From Mobula hypostoma (taxonomy: Eukaryota), in contig NC_086097.1 in NCBI RefSeq assembly GCF_963921235.1, forward strand, positions 118,422,001 through 118,486,000: a stretch of DNA of 64,000 nt, written 5' to 3'. The position numbers and the translations under genes are program-made. The notes under the pieces were generated by a model. That model ran no database searches. It saw only the letters and a program-made list of their open reading frames with translations, and was not told where the DNA came from. Below are positions 1 through 12,289 of this stretch, piece by piece (within the stretch, counting starts at the first letter, position 1; each line of letters begins with the position of its first letter).

Positions 1-1762
1 AGAAAAAGTTAACCATTGGAAGAGCATAACCCTCCATGGAGGACATCTCTATGATCTGAGCAGACTAGATGTTGATAAGCAAATGTCAAATGCTTGAGCA
101 GAAATAGAGGGCTTCCTTGTGGCAAAACAGGACCAGGTGGTAAACACACAAAAAAAATCAAAATTACATAATAAAAGACCAAAAAATTAAACATGATGAA
201 TGCAGAAAATGCCAAGAGAGAACAGAAACAATCCAACACATTATAGGATCCTGCAGCAGTTTACACAATCTGATTACTCACACTGGCACAATTAAGTGGC
301 AAACATCATTCACCAAAACCATGCTTTAAAATACGAAGTCATAAAACACACCATACCTTACTATAAATACAAGCCTGATCCAGTTTTAGAGGCAGAGTCC
401 TACAAATGTTATTATGACAGACCAGATCATCCATAATAACTGTCCTAATATAATATGATAGGATACAAGCAAGAACAACTTACTTAATAGAAATGGCCAT
501 TCTAAATATACATAGCTTACAGAAATCAATAAGTGAAAAACACCAAAAATATGCTGAATTAAACAAGGAAATTGAAAGACTATGGAACAAGTTTGCGGAT
601 GACACGAAGCTGGGTGGCAGTGTTAGCAGTGAGGAGGATGCTAAGAGGATGCAGGGTGACTTGGATAGGTTGGGTGAGTGGGCAAACTCATGGCAGATGC
701 AATTTAATGTGGATAAATGTGAAGTTATCCACTTTGGTGGCAAAAATAGGAAAACAGATTATTATCTGAATGGTGGCCGATTAGGAAAAGGGGAGGTGCA
801 ACGAGACCTGGGTGTCATTATACACCAGTCATTGAAAGTGGGCATGCAGGTACAGCAGGCGGTGAAAAAGGCGAACGGTATGCTGGCATTTATAGCGAGA
901 GGATTCGAGTACAGGAGCAGGGAGGTACTACTGCAGTTGTACAAGGCCTTGGTGAGACCACACCTGGAGTATTGTGTGCAGTTTTGGTCCCCTAATCTGA
1001 GGAAAGACATCCTTGCCATAGAGGGAGTACAAAGAAGGTTCACCAGATTGATTCCTGGGATGGCAGGTCTTTCATATGAAGAAAGACTAGATGAACTGGG
1101 CTTGTACTCGTTGGAATTTAGAAGATTGAGGGGGGATCTGATTGAAACGTATAAGATCCTAAAGGGATTGGACAGGCTAGATGCGGGAAGATTGTTCCCG
1201 ATGTTGGGGAGGTCTAGAACGAGGGGTCACAGTTTGAGGATAGAGGGGAAGCCTTTTAGGACCGAGGTTAGGAAAATCTTCTTCACACAGAGAGTGGTGA
1301 ATCTGTGGAATTCTCTGCCACAGCAAACTGTTGAGGCCAGTTCATTAGCTATGTTTAAAAGGAAGTTAGATATGGCCCTTGTGGCTACAGGGGTCACGGG
1401 GTATGGAGGGAAGGCTGGGTTCTGAGTTGGATGATCAGCCATGATCATAATAAATGGCGGTGCAGGCTCGAAGGGCCGAATGGCCTACTCCTGCACCTAT
1501 TTTCTATGTTTCTATGTTTCTATGAACAGGGCATACAATGTCCCAATAGTTATATCTACAGCTGATATCATTCCAATATCTCTACACAGTAGCAATAAGC
1601 AATTAGGCCTATAAGCAATATTTATATAAATCTTCACAAAGCAACAATATTGAACACCACTAGAATTGTCTGAGAGTTCCTAGCAATTGAGAAATGAATG
1701 AGTTTGGTTATGCCTGTACCTCAGCTTCTACCAGCTTGCACGGAGGAAAAAATAAATAATTA
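1..1762 (+). mobile_element. R4/Dong-clade (restriction-like endonuclease) non-LTR retrotransposon, 3' remnant, interrupted by a CR1 at 590-1523
   Basis: Manual translation gives WKSITLHG..EIEGFLVAKQDQVVNT, CCHC-type finger CRKCQERTETIQHIIGSC and a PD-(D/E)xK-like region LIEMAILN..EKHQKYAELNKEIERLW. After the CR1 it resumes with NVPIVIST..NLHKATILNTTRIV, a short 3'UTR and an aataaataat tail. Confidence 0.8.
590..1523 (+). mobile_element. Young CR1 LINE (family A), 5'-truncated
   Basis: RT C-terminal half (KFADDTKLGG..WQMQFNVDKC..LVRPHLEYCVQFWSP) and (tttctatg)n tail; near-identical to the copies at 30587-34333 and 58862-59664. Confidence 0.95.
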
Positions 1763-1935
1763 TGATTCTAGCACAGACCTACCAATCCGCACAGTGATAA
1801 TGAATGTTTGTTTGAGTACCTGGTCAAACATTGTAACACACAATCTAGAAGTAAAATGGATTCAGGAGAAAAAGCAACACACATCAAAGTTGCTGGTGAA
1901 CGCAGCAGGCCAGGCAGCGTCTCTAGGAAGAGGTG

Positions 1936-1973
1936 CAGTCGACGTTTCAGGCCGAGACCCTTCGTCAGGACTA
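1936..1973 (-). ncRNA. Minimal type I hammerhead ribozyme motif in the inverted PLE tail
   Basis: Minus strand reads tagtc CTGACGA a gggtctcggcct GAAA cg TC gactg. Confidence 0.7.
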
Positions 1974-2634
1974 ACTGAAGGAAGAGTTAGTAAGAGATTT
2001 GAAAGTGGGAGGGGGAGGGGGAGATCCAAAATGATAGGAGAAGATGGGGTGATATACTGCATCTGGTGCTCCTGATGTGGCCTTCTATATATTGGCGAGA
2101 CCCGACGCAGACTGGGAGACCGCTTCGCTGAACATCTATGCTCTGTCCGCCAGAGAAAGCAGGATCTCCTAGTGGCCACACATTTTAATTCCACATCCCG
2201 TTCCCATTCTGACATGTCTATCCACGGCCTCCTCTACTGTAAAGATGAAGCCACACTCAGGTTGGAGGAACAACACCTTATATTCTGTCTGGGTAGCCTC
2301 CAACCTGATGGCATGAACATCGACTTCTCTAACTTCTGCTAATGCCCCACCTCCCCCTCGTACCCCATCTGTTATTTATTTTTATACACACATTCTTTCC
2401 CTCACTCTCCTTTTTCTCCCTCTGTCCCTCTGACTATACCCCTTGCCCATCCTCTGGGTACCCCCCCCCTTGTCTTTCTTCCCGGGTCTCCTGTCCCATG
2501 ATCCTCTCGTATCCCCTTTGCCAATCACCTGTCCAGCTGTTGACTCCATCCCTCCCCCTCCTGTCTTCTCCTATCATTTTGGATCTCCCTCTCCCCCTCC
2601 CACTTTCAAATCTCTTACTAACTCTTCCTTCAGT

Positions 2635-2672
2635 TAGTCCTGACGAAGGGTCTCGGCCCGAAACGTCGACTG
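2635..2672 (+). ncRNA. Minimal type I hammerhead ribozyme motif in the PLE tail
   Basis: Stem I tagtc/gactg, core CTGACGA(A), stem II gggt/gccc, GAAA, palindromic ACGT helix III, GUC cleavage triplet. Confidence 0.78.
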
Positions 2673-3009
2673 TACCTCTTCCCAGAGATGCTGCCTGGCC
2701 TGCTGCATTCACCAGCAACTTTGATGTGTGTTGCTTGAATTTCCAGCATCTGCAGAATTCCTGTTGTTCAGGAGAAAAAGAATGCACTCACACAATTGAA
2801 GACATGTAAATACTTGAAGTTACAATGGATGTGCTAAAAGCAATTATTGAAAGAATCCACAATTGGAAAAGTACTGGCAGTAATAGTGTTCACAGTTATT
2901 GGTATAAAGAATTTTCTTGTTTTTATCTGTACATATTAAAACATGTCAGTAGTTTTCTTAGAAATCCTGAAAAACATGTCTGAATTTTTGACAGAAAATA
3001 AAACATCTG

Positions 3010-3890
3010 ACTGAGAAGGAAGGGGAAGATGCCAGATAGAAAGGTGGAGGGAATGGAAGGTGGCTAGCTGGAAAATGATAGATGAAGCGAGGTGGGTGGG
3101 AAAAGTCAGGGGCTAGAGAAAGGGAAGGAGGGAAAATCTGGGGGGAAGTGATAGGCAGGTGAGAAGAGTTAAAAGTTCAGGGTGGAGAACGGAGGAAGGG
3201 AGGACAGGTGGAAACATTTTTTACTGGAAGGAGAAATTGATATTCATGCCATCAGTTGAAGGCTACCCAGACAGGATATAAAGTGTTTCTCCTCCACACT
3301 GAGGGTGGTCTCATCTTAGTATATTTTCCAACATGTTGGAATGAGAATGGGAATAGGAATTAAAGATTTTTGGCCACCGTGAAGTTTCACGTGGTGGATG
3401 GAACAGAGATGCTCCATGAGGCAGTCTCCGAATTATGACTGGTCTCACCAATACAGAGAAGGCTGCATCAGGAACATTGTACTCAATAGGCAACCCCAAC
3501 AGATTTTCAGGTGAAGTTTTGCCTCACCTGGAGTGACTGTTTGGGGCCCTGAATGGAGATGAGGGATGAGGTGCATTGGCAGGTGGAGCACTTAGGCCAC
3601 TTGCAGGGATAAGTGCCAGGAGAGAGAATAGTTGAGAGGTGCGAATAGACAAGGGAATCATGGAGGGAGCGATCCCTGTGGAAAATGGACAGGGGTGGGA
3701 AGGTAGAGATATGTTTATTGGTTGGATGCCTTTGGAGATGGTGGAAGTTGTGGAGGATGATGTGTTGGATGTGGAGGCTGATGAGGTGGTAGTTAAGGAC
3801 AAAAAGAACTCTATCACTGTTAAGGTGTTTGGGAAATGGAGGAGATGCATTTGAGGGCAGCAACAATAGTGGAAGGAGGAAAATCCCATT
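3010..3890 (-). mobile_element. Older PLE fragment (linker, GIY-YIG, tail)
   Basis: ORF 3507-3923 contains HIQHIILHNFHHLQRHP..FHRDRSLHDSLV..PGTYPCKWPKCSTC, homologous to the PLE at 48354-49884. Confidence 0.85.
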
Positions 3891-4024
3891 TGTAAATCTC
3901 CAAAATGCCAGAATTCTAAACACTACTAGAAGAAACCGAAAGATCCCAACATTTGATAAATGACTTTGCCTGGTTATGTCTGTATCTCAGGTTTTACCAG
4001 ATTGAGCTGAGAAAAAATATTTTT

Positions 4025-5180
4025 TCAATAACAATAATAAATAAACAATAAATATCAAGAACACAATATGAAGAGTCATTGAAGCTGAGTCAGTATCTGT
4101 GAGAAAAATTCAGAAAGGGGGAAGAATGAAGTTATTCCCTCTGGTTCAAGAGCCCAATGGTTGAGAGGTAATAATGGCTGTTGGAGTGGGTCCTAAGGTT
4201 CGTGAACCTTCCTTCTGCTGGCAGCAGTGAGAAGTGAGCATGGTCTGGATGGTGGGGGTCCTTGATGGATCATGCTTTCCCGTGACAGCACTCCATGTAG
4301 ATGTGCTCAATCGTGGGAAGGGCTTTAGCAGTGATGGACTGGGCTGCTTCCACTACTTCCATAAGCATTTCTGTTCAAGGGAATTGGTGTTTCTATTCCA
4401 GGTTGTGGGCAACCAGTCAACATACTCTCCACTGCACACTTATAGAAGTATGTCAAAGTATTAGATGACATGCTGAATCTTCACAAACTTCTAGGGAAGT
4501 TGAGGCACTGCTGTGCTTTCTTCTTAAGGGAACTTATGTGTTAGGCCCAGGCTGATCTTCTGAAGTGACAACACAGAGGAATTTAAAGTTGCTGACCCTC
4601 TCTGCCTCTGATTCCCTGATGTGGACTGCCTCATAGACCCCCACTTTCCTCCTCCTATAATCAGCTCCTTGGTCTTGCCGACATTGAGTAAGAGGTGGTT
4701 GCTGTGGCACCACTCAGTCAGGTCTTCAGTCTCCCTCCTATATGCTGATTCCTCACCACCTTTGATACGACCAACAACAGTGGCACCGTCAGCAAACTGA
4801 AATATGACATTGCAGATGCTCTTAGCCTCAGAGCCATAAATGCAAAGCCAGTAGAGCAGGGGACAATGCACAGAGCTTTGTGTGCACCAGTATTGATGGA
4901 AATTGTGGACGAGATGTTGTTGCCAATCTGAACTGACTGGGGTCTGCAAGTGAGGAAATCGAAGATCCAATTCCACAAGGAGGTCTTGAAGTTTATTGAT
5001 TAGTTTTGAGGGGATAATAGGATTGACTGTCAATCTGTAGTCAATGAAGAGCATCCTGAGGTATGCATCTTCACTGTCCAGTTGTTCCAAGGTTGACTGA
5101 AGAGCTAATAAAGCAGCATCTGCTGCTGACCTGTGATAGAAGGAAAATTGGAGTGGATCCAAGTCACTTCTAAGGATCAT
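4025..5180 (-). mobile_element. Rex1/Babar-type LINE fragment, decayed
   Basis: LDPLQF..LEQLDSEDAYLRMLFIDY..FADGATVVGRI..WCHSNHLLLNVGKTKEL; WIFDFLTCRPQSV. Confidence 0.85.
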
Positions 5181-5319
5181 CTAGGTGCAAAACCTTGTTG
5201 TCACTTACATTGCTTTGTTTCACTTTGTAAGAGTTGATAGCATCAAGCACTGCCACAGCTAATGAACATCCTTCAGTGATTCAAGTCTGGTCCAAAATTG
5301 CCACTTCAGAATTTTAAAG

Positions 5320-6800
5320 ACAGGCCACCTCTGCATAGCTTGCCCAAAGTGTGCTGGCACCTATGCACAGGCAGTAAGAGGGGGAAATGCCACTGAGAAC
5401 GTCCAGGCAAATACAAGTACATCCATCACCAGCACTGAGGCCACGGCTGAACAGAGACAGTACCTGAAGAAAGGCCAACTACCTCGAGATCCTACCCCCC
5501 AACGGGAGAGTCCCAGGCCTTCCACAGACAAGGGGGAGTCCATGGAAGAAGGGAGGGCAGAGGAATAAGAGGAATAATGCTGAGTGGTGAAGAGGAAGAA
5601 GTTGCATAGAGCACCAACCAAGAGACAATGGGCTGCTAAAGGCTGAACGAAGAGCGAGGCCATGCTCTTCGGCAACTGGCCTGACTGATTGAGTGTCCCC
5701 TTCACCATCAGGTCTGATTATGTGAAGGTGCTAGGGATCTAGTTTGGAGGGGCCAAAACATGCAACGAGAACTGGCAGCAGCAGATTGGGAACGTGAAAC
5801 AGAAATTGGGACCGTGGGGAGGGCGCTGTCTATCGATGACTGGGAAAAAACTGGTAATTAGGTGTGAGGTGTTCTCAGGGCTGCTGTACTTGATGCAAGT
5901 GTGGCCCAGCCTCCACTATTTCAGCTTGAGAATCACCAAAACTGTCTTCTGGTTCATCTCGGGATCGAAAACAGAGTGGGTCAGATGAGTTACAATACAC
6001 AAGTCCTGGGACAATGGAAACAAAAACATTCCCAACATCACACTCACCTTCATGTGTGCTTGCATCAGACTGTGCATGGAACCTAAATACATGGACATCA
6101 AGTACCATTATGTGCCAAGGTTCTATTTGTCCTCGGCGCAGTGAGAGTGGCCTTCCAGGTTAGATCCTTCATGCATCCCTGGAGCATCACTCCCACTGTG
6201 CACTGCCCACGGGATGAGTGTAGTGGGTCAAGACAGTGGCTCATCTCTTTGTGGACTGTGAGATTGCAAAGAGGGTGTGGAGAAAGATGAAAGGGTCTGT
6301 TTCATACTTCATCCTGCGCAGCTGCGTGAGAGAGGACTCTCTCATCTACTGTCAGTTCCCAGGGACACACAAGGAGATGAAGATCAGGTGCTGCTGGAAG
6401 ATCATGAACTCGGTGAAAGAAGCCCCTTGGTCAGCCTGAATCTCATTGGTCCGCCAGCCAATCGAGCTGTCTGAGAAGGAATGCCGCTGACTGGCACATT
6501 ACAAGCTGCAGGAGAACATGCACTGAAGCTTGGTGCAGTCACCACAAGGGCTGGGTGGAAAAGGACCATGATGTCAGCTTCTTCTGCAATTGGAGAGGAA
6601 GGGGATGGACTGGGGGAGGAAGTCCTTCAATTATTATAATAATTAGTCGATCATCTCAGAGTTCCACATGAGTGGCAGCAGTGTAATAGAACAGTACAAA
6701 AAGCATTTTAACTATGAATTCAAAGAATGAAATGGCATTGAACAATTTATTATTTTAGTTTTTTTTTTAAATTATGACTAAAGTTCATTTTTTTTAATAG
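5320..6800 (+). mobile_element. Tx1 (L1-Tx1 clade) LINE remnant with internal deletions
   Basis: ORF1-like knuckle GHLCIACPK near 5322; ENWQQQIGNVKQKLGPW..LSMTGKKLVIRCEVFSGLLYL; zinc-finger region AHLFVDCEIAKRVW; CCWKIMNSVKEAPWSA. Confidence 0.75.
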
Positions 6801-7058
6801 AAGTTTGATGGCTCTGGGCCTGCACCCACTGGAATTTAGAAGAATGAGGAGGATTCTCACTGAAACCTATCAAATATTGAAAGACCTAGATAGAGTGGAA
6901 CGTGGAAAAGATGTTTCTTCCCTTGGGGTAGTCTGTACCAGAGTGCACAGCATCAGAATGCAAGGATGTCCTTATAGACCAGAGATGAGGAGGAATTCCA
7001 TTAGCCAGAGGGTGGTGAATCTGTGGAAATCATTGCCACAGATGGCTGTGGAAGTGAA

Positions 7059-10000
7059 TGTTATGCTTTGTATCTCCAGAAGCTAATTGGATGAAGAACG
7101 TAGGAACCCCGGGTGATTGTGTACTTAGTTTTTACTTCAGTGAGGTGTGCACATATGACGTGGTGGCGTAATGATATACGTAATTCACGTACTTTTATAC
7201 ATAACCTGTAATGAAATATATAAGCAACAAAGTATGCTTAATCAAATAACATATTTACAATATTACTAAATATTAAATACACAACACTCCTCCCAGCTTA
7301 GCTGTAAATTCCAACCCAATATTGTATGCATCTCAACTCAAATATATATATCGTATTGCTCTCTAGTCATCTATATATATGCAGTATATTATATAATAAA
7401 ACTACTCTACAGATATCCACAGCATAGTAAATTTTAAGTTGTCCCATTCAGGACTAAAGATTTAATCACCGCAGAGGATTTCTTACTTTTGTGGGATAAT
7501 GTCGTTCCCGACAAGGAGGAGTCACTCTGCCTGGGAGGTGACACTTGTGGCTGTGAAACAATCTCATGTTCTGGAGTCTACTTTGTGACAGTGGTAAGAG
7601 TTGACTCTGGGACTGCAGAAAGTGGTTCTGACAGCTTTGGACAACTTTCTTCTTGAACAATCGACTCTACTCTCCTCAACCGATCAATGTGTCATCTCTA
7701 AATTCTACACAATCTCCGTGATGTAGGAGTGTGTTCCCGTTCTCTCCAGTTCTGTTCAATGTACCCACTTTTGATCACCTCTGTATTCCCTCAACAGGAC
7801 TACTTGTCCAAAAGTGAAACATTGAGGCTCCTTGTTTGAGGAGCCCTCAGTTTGTCTCAGCTGTTTATCCTGCATGCTCCTGAGACTGGGATGAGGAGAT
7901 CCATGCTTAAGTGTAAAGGATGACACAAGAACAGCATAGCTGTTGAGTTGCTGTTTGTAGAGTGTGGTGCATTGTGATATGCAAGGAGGAAGTTGGCGAG
8001 CTTCTGATTCAGTGTTAGTGTAGTGTGCTCTGCTGACATAGCTTGCAGGGTGTTCTTTAGACTCTGGACAAACCTTTCCACCAAGCCATTCATAACTGAG
8101 TGGTACGGTGCAGATATAACATGCCTTATTCCATTTATTTTCAGGAATGTCTGAAATTGTTCTGCAACAAACCATGACCCATCATCACTGACTAAGTGTT
8201 CCGGAACACCAGTCCTAGAGAAGAGGCTTCTCAACACATCAGCAGTGTGTAAGGCTGTAGGGGAGGCCAATGGGAACACTTCTGGCCAACTTTGTAGCTG
8301 CATCCACTAATACCAAGAAATTTGTGCCCATGAATGGTCTGACAAAATCCACATGAATCCTCTGCCAGGGCAATGCAGGCCATCCTCAGGATGGAGAGTT
8401 GCCTGCTCTTGGCATCTTCTGGTTGAGTTGGAATCCCAAGCAGTGCATGCAAGCTGTTCAATCTGCTGACGTATTTCAGGCCACTGGACAAAACTTTGAG
8501 ACAATGCGTTCATTTTGACTAAACCTAGATGACTGGCATATAGCTTCTCCACATTTTAGCTCTCAGCTTGGATGATACAACAACTCTCAATACACACATA
8601 AGGCAAGTTCATCCCCACGTTGATAAAAGTGGGGGAACTGGAATTTCTGTTGCACATTCCAGCCATTTTTGGTTGCCATGTGGACCTGAGACAGTGTGGG
8701 GTCTTTTCTGGTTTCCCATTGGATCATTTCTACTGTACTAGGGAGACGTTGGATTTGCATTAAGGAGAATACATCAAGAGAAGTGTCCACGTTTGTAAGT
8801 ATTTCAGATATTTCTTTTTCAAAAGATAAACAAGACAATTCATCTGCATTTCCATGATTTGTTGTCTTCTTACATTCGATCCTGTAGTTGTGTCCATCAA
8901 GAAACAGAGCCCATTGGTAACACAATTTGTTTGTCCAGGCAGGTTTCTGTTTAGATGTTGCAATTTTGTTCACACTCACTTTCATTCTCAGCCTGTTGAT
9001 TCCATTGTTATAGCAAACTTCAACTGCTCTTTTAACTGTAACTTGTTCTTTTGTTGGGAACCATTTTTAATGCTTTCTTGTAAGGTTCCAGAAAATAAAC
9101 AGTCTTTCAGTGCATCATTAAGCCCATCACTGAACTGACAATGCCCGGACAATCTCTTCAATTCAGCTGTGTAAGCTGAAATAGACTCCCCTTCCTTTTG
9201 ATTCCATTTATGAAACTTAAAGTGCTCTGCAACCAACAATGGTTTCAGTTCTAAATATTCCTACATTACATTCAGAATATCAGCAAAGCTCATTTTGCTT
9301 GGCTTGCAGCAGTTAAACTTCTAAGTACACTGCATGCTTTTTCCACCTAGTATACTCAGTAACACAGGCACTCATTTTGTCTTGGCTATTTTATTTGATT
9401 CAAAATACTACTTAATTTATTCAGTATACATCATCCAATTCTCTGTTGTGCAATCAAACACGTCTATCCTTCCGATGCAGTCAGCCATTCCTGTTCTTTT
9501 TAAATTTATTGTTATTATGATTGTTATAATTATGCCCATTTTCGGCCTTTTTTAACTCGATCATCTCTGCCCCCTTGCAAGGAAATACATACTACACTTT
9601 TTTGAACTCAAATGTCTTTCCCGCCTTTCGATGATAAATGTGCTGCATTTTAACAGGGAAGTTGTTGTCTTGGATTTGTTTTAAAACAACCTCACTGCTA
9701 GGTTTTATAACCCCAGAAACTAATCAAAATTAAAACATGGGAGCCTGGGGATACTCATCTACTTAGTTCTTACTTCAGTATGGCACACATATATGATGTA
9801 CACCATTCATATACATTTACATATAACCTGTATGTTCATGTACTTTTACATATAATCCATAATGAGTTATGGAAACACAACATGCTTAATCAAGCAATAT
9901 GCAGTATATATATATTATAAATATCACTGGAATATGTTGTGAAATTTGTTGATATGTAGCAGCTGTACTTTGCAATACATAATAACTATGGTAAGTTTCA

Positions 10001-10320
10001 TTAAGAAATAAATATATTAAAAAAGGTAAATTATATGTATTGCGAAAAGAAAAAAAATTGAGGTAGAGTTCATGGGTTCAATGTCCATTCAGAAATCAGA
10101 TGGCAGAGGGGAAGAAGCTATTCCTGAATCATTGAGTGTGTGCCTTCAGACTCCTGTACCTTTTCCCTGATGATAACAATGAGAAGAGGGTATGACCTAG
10201 GTGATGGAATTTCTTATGATAGATGAGGCATTGAGGATGCAGGGTAGGCTAGTGCCCATGTTGGAGCCTACTGTGTTTGCAATATTACTCAAATATTACT
10301 GAAATATGAAATACACTACA
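7059..10320 (-). mobile_element. Decayed Gypsy LTR retrotransposon with gag and integrase but no PR/RT
   Basis: Related LTRs at 7059-7286 and 9696-10320 (the latter interrupted), both TG..CA; PPT gggaggag at 7287-7294; gag FKFHKWNQKEGESISAYTAELKRLSGHCQF; IN GVPEHLVSDDG..APYHSVMNGLVERFVQSLK. Confidence 0.88.
9905..10280 (-). mobile_element. Rex1-type 3' end inserted in the Gypsy 5' LTR
   Basis: gatggcagaggggaagaagctattcctgaatc matches the Rex1 3' end also seen at 41635-41700. Confidence 0.65.
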
Positions 10321-10949
10321 GCCAAGTCATTGGATATGTATATACCAGAGGCTGATAGATTCTTTTTCAGTCAGGGTGTTAAAGGTTACAGAGAGACTAT
10401 AGGACAATGGGTTTGAGTGGGATGATAAATCAGCCAGGATGGAATGGTGTAGCAGATATGATTGGACAAATGGCCTAATTCTGCTCCTCTGTTTCATGTT
10501 CCTGTATACTCACTAAGGACGGAAGCTAACTACAAGGAACTGAGCCATATATTTAGTGTAAGTGACTGCAGCTGGTCAGATCTGCCCAAGCAGCTCATCC
10601 AATGAACGTTTTTAATTTTTGGCCCCTTCATCAGGAAGGGCCTCAGGAGACTGGAGCAATCTGAGTGTTCACAACATCCAGGAACTGAAGGAAATACTCA
10701 TGCTTTGATTCTCAGAGAAGTTTCTTGAACAAATTGGAAGCGTATCATTTATGTACGGCTTGAGGACAATTGAATATTCTTATCAAGATGTACTTAGTTT
10801 GCCTAAATCCAGGAATTCAACAATCAACTTGGCTAGGGGATGAGCAAAGATTTTTAAATAAAAGGCCCCATCAATTAATCAGTGGAATCAAAATCTGGAC
10901 AAGTTGTCTAGTAGCTAACCTGGCAGAGAACATAAACACTGAACATAGA

Positions 10950-11210
10950 AGAGTACAACACAGTATGGGAGCTTTGGCCTATGATGTTGTGCCAACATTT
11001 TAACCTACTCCATCATCAGTTTAATCCCTCCTTCATACACAACCCATAACCTTCATTCCTTATTATGCTGATGTGTTTATCTAAGTGCCTTTTAAATGTA
11101 TGGTTTAAGTGTCTTGTATCAGGCTCTACAACCACCCTGGCATCTACCACTCTCTGTGTGAAAAAAAACCAAGCTAACCATGATGTCACCTCTAAACTTT
11201 CCTCCATTCT
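10950..11210 (-). mobile_element. CR1 3' end fragment
   Basis: FFTQRVVDA..FKRHLDKH; aacatagaa tail. Confidence 0.7.
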
Positions 11211-11499
11211 TCTGGTACAGATGTAAAACACTGAAGAAGAAAGAACCTCAAAGGCGAGGAGCGTGGACCAGAAAGGTGTTTTGAACCAGCTAACCAGATC
11301 TCAATGTCTAATCAATATCCATTTGGACACCACAGGAGTACATAAGCTGGCATTCTGAGGAGACATCACCCTCAACTGTGCACTGATGATGGTTTCTCTG
11401 TTGGAGCTGAAATATCTGCAAACATTTTGCTAAGCTTGTCAATCAACCAAACTTCCAAAGAGCCATCCCAAGCTACCAATATTCTGCATTATTTCAAAA

Positions 11500-11895
11500 G
11501 ATACTATCACGGACAGAAGATTGGCTGCCTGGCAGGAGGTAAAGAGTGGGAATAAAGAGGGCCTTTTCTGCTTGGCTGTGATAACTAGTGATGTTCCGCA
11601 GGTGTTGGTATTGGGACCACTTCTTTTCATGCTCTATGTCAGTGATTTGGATGGTGGAATTAATGGATTTATGGTCACGTTTACAGATGATACAAAGATA
11701 GGTGGAGGGCAGATAGTGTTGAGGAAGCAGGAAGTCTGCAGAAGGACTTAGACAGATTAGGAGAATGGGCAAAGAAGTGACAAAGAAAATAAAGTGCAAA
11801 GATGTGTATGGCCATGCACTTTGATATAAAAAATAGAGATGTAAACTATTTTCTAAATGGGAAGAAAATTCAAAATCAGAGGTGCAAAGGATTGT
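11500..11895 (+). mobile_element. CR1 RT fragment
   Basis: SDVPQVLVLGPLLFMLYVSDLD..FTDDTKIGG. Confidence 0.8.
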
Positions 11896-12289
11896 TTGTC
11901 CACCCTGCTGAGTGAGGTCTTTCATTGATTCTATTATGGCTCTTAGATTTTCTTAGTATACCTGCAAGAAAATGATTCCCAGGGTTGCATATGGTGACAT
12001 GCAATATAACAAATTTTAATATTAGATTTATAATTAATTTACTTTGAATTTAAACTTTGAACAGGTAGAGAGGGTTAGGGAAAGAATATAGTGAACAGTC
12101 TAGACCTGCCTCGGGTATCATTTAGTTTTACATCTGTAAGTTCATACCAATTCTTCCTTCTCAGAGTCTGGTTGGAAATGTTCCAAGTAGGAATGTTGCA
12201 GAACGCAATGTATGCTTCAATGTGTATTTCAAATGACAATGATCCAGAAAGTTCAATTCAGTCCTTTATTTTAATTATGTTTAGCCTTG

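Larger units (their letters stand above)
1875..2766 (+). mobile_element. Penelope-like element (PLE): GIY-YIG fragment and 3' tail, preceded by an inverted tail copy
   Basis: GVIYCIWCS*CGLLYIGETRRRLGDRFAEH at 2046-2340; 1875-2044 is the reverse complement of ~2564-2733; 14-bp TSD ttcaggagaaaaag at 1861-1874 and 2767-2780. Confidence 0.92.
1765..4020 (+). mobile_element. Second R4/Dong remnant: RT N-terminus plus 3' end, interrupted by two Penelope-like elements
   Basis: WSNIVTHNLEVKWIQEK before 1875 continues after 2780 as DVLKAIIERIHNWKSTGSNSVHSYWYKEF..RNPE. The 3' end at ~3893-4020 (NLQNARILNTTR plus 3'UTR) resembles 1630-1762. Confidence 0.7.
6805..10500 (+). mobile_element. Old CR1 3' fragment split by the Gypsy element (pieces 6805-7058 and 10321-10500)
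   Basis: LGLHPLEFRRMRRIL..SQRVVNLWKSLPQMAVE resumes as gccaagtcattgg after 10320 and runs into a CR1 3'UTR. Confidence 0.8.

Noticed and set aside
2342..2809. Recurrent ORFs with SPDEGSRPETST or LLVNAAGQAAS
   Set aside because: Translations of the non-coding PLE tail and hammerhead, repeated only because the tail is repeated.
11221..11275. Possible short exon CKTLKKKEPQRRGAWTRK
   Set aside because: Weak donor, adjacent to a CR1 fragment and no recognisable homology.
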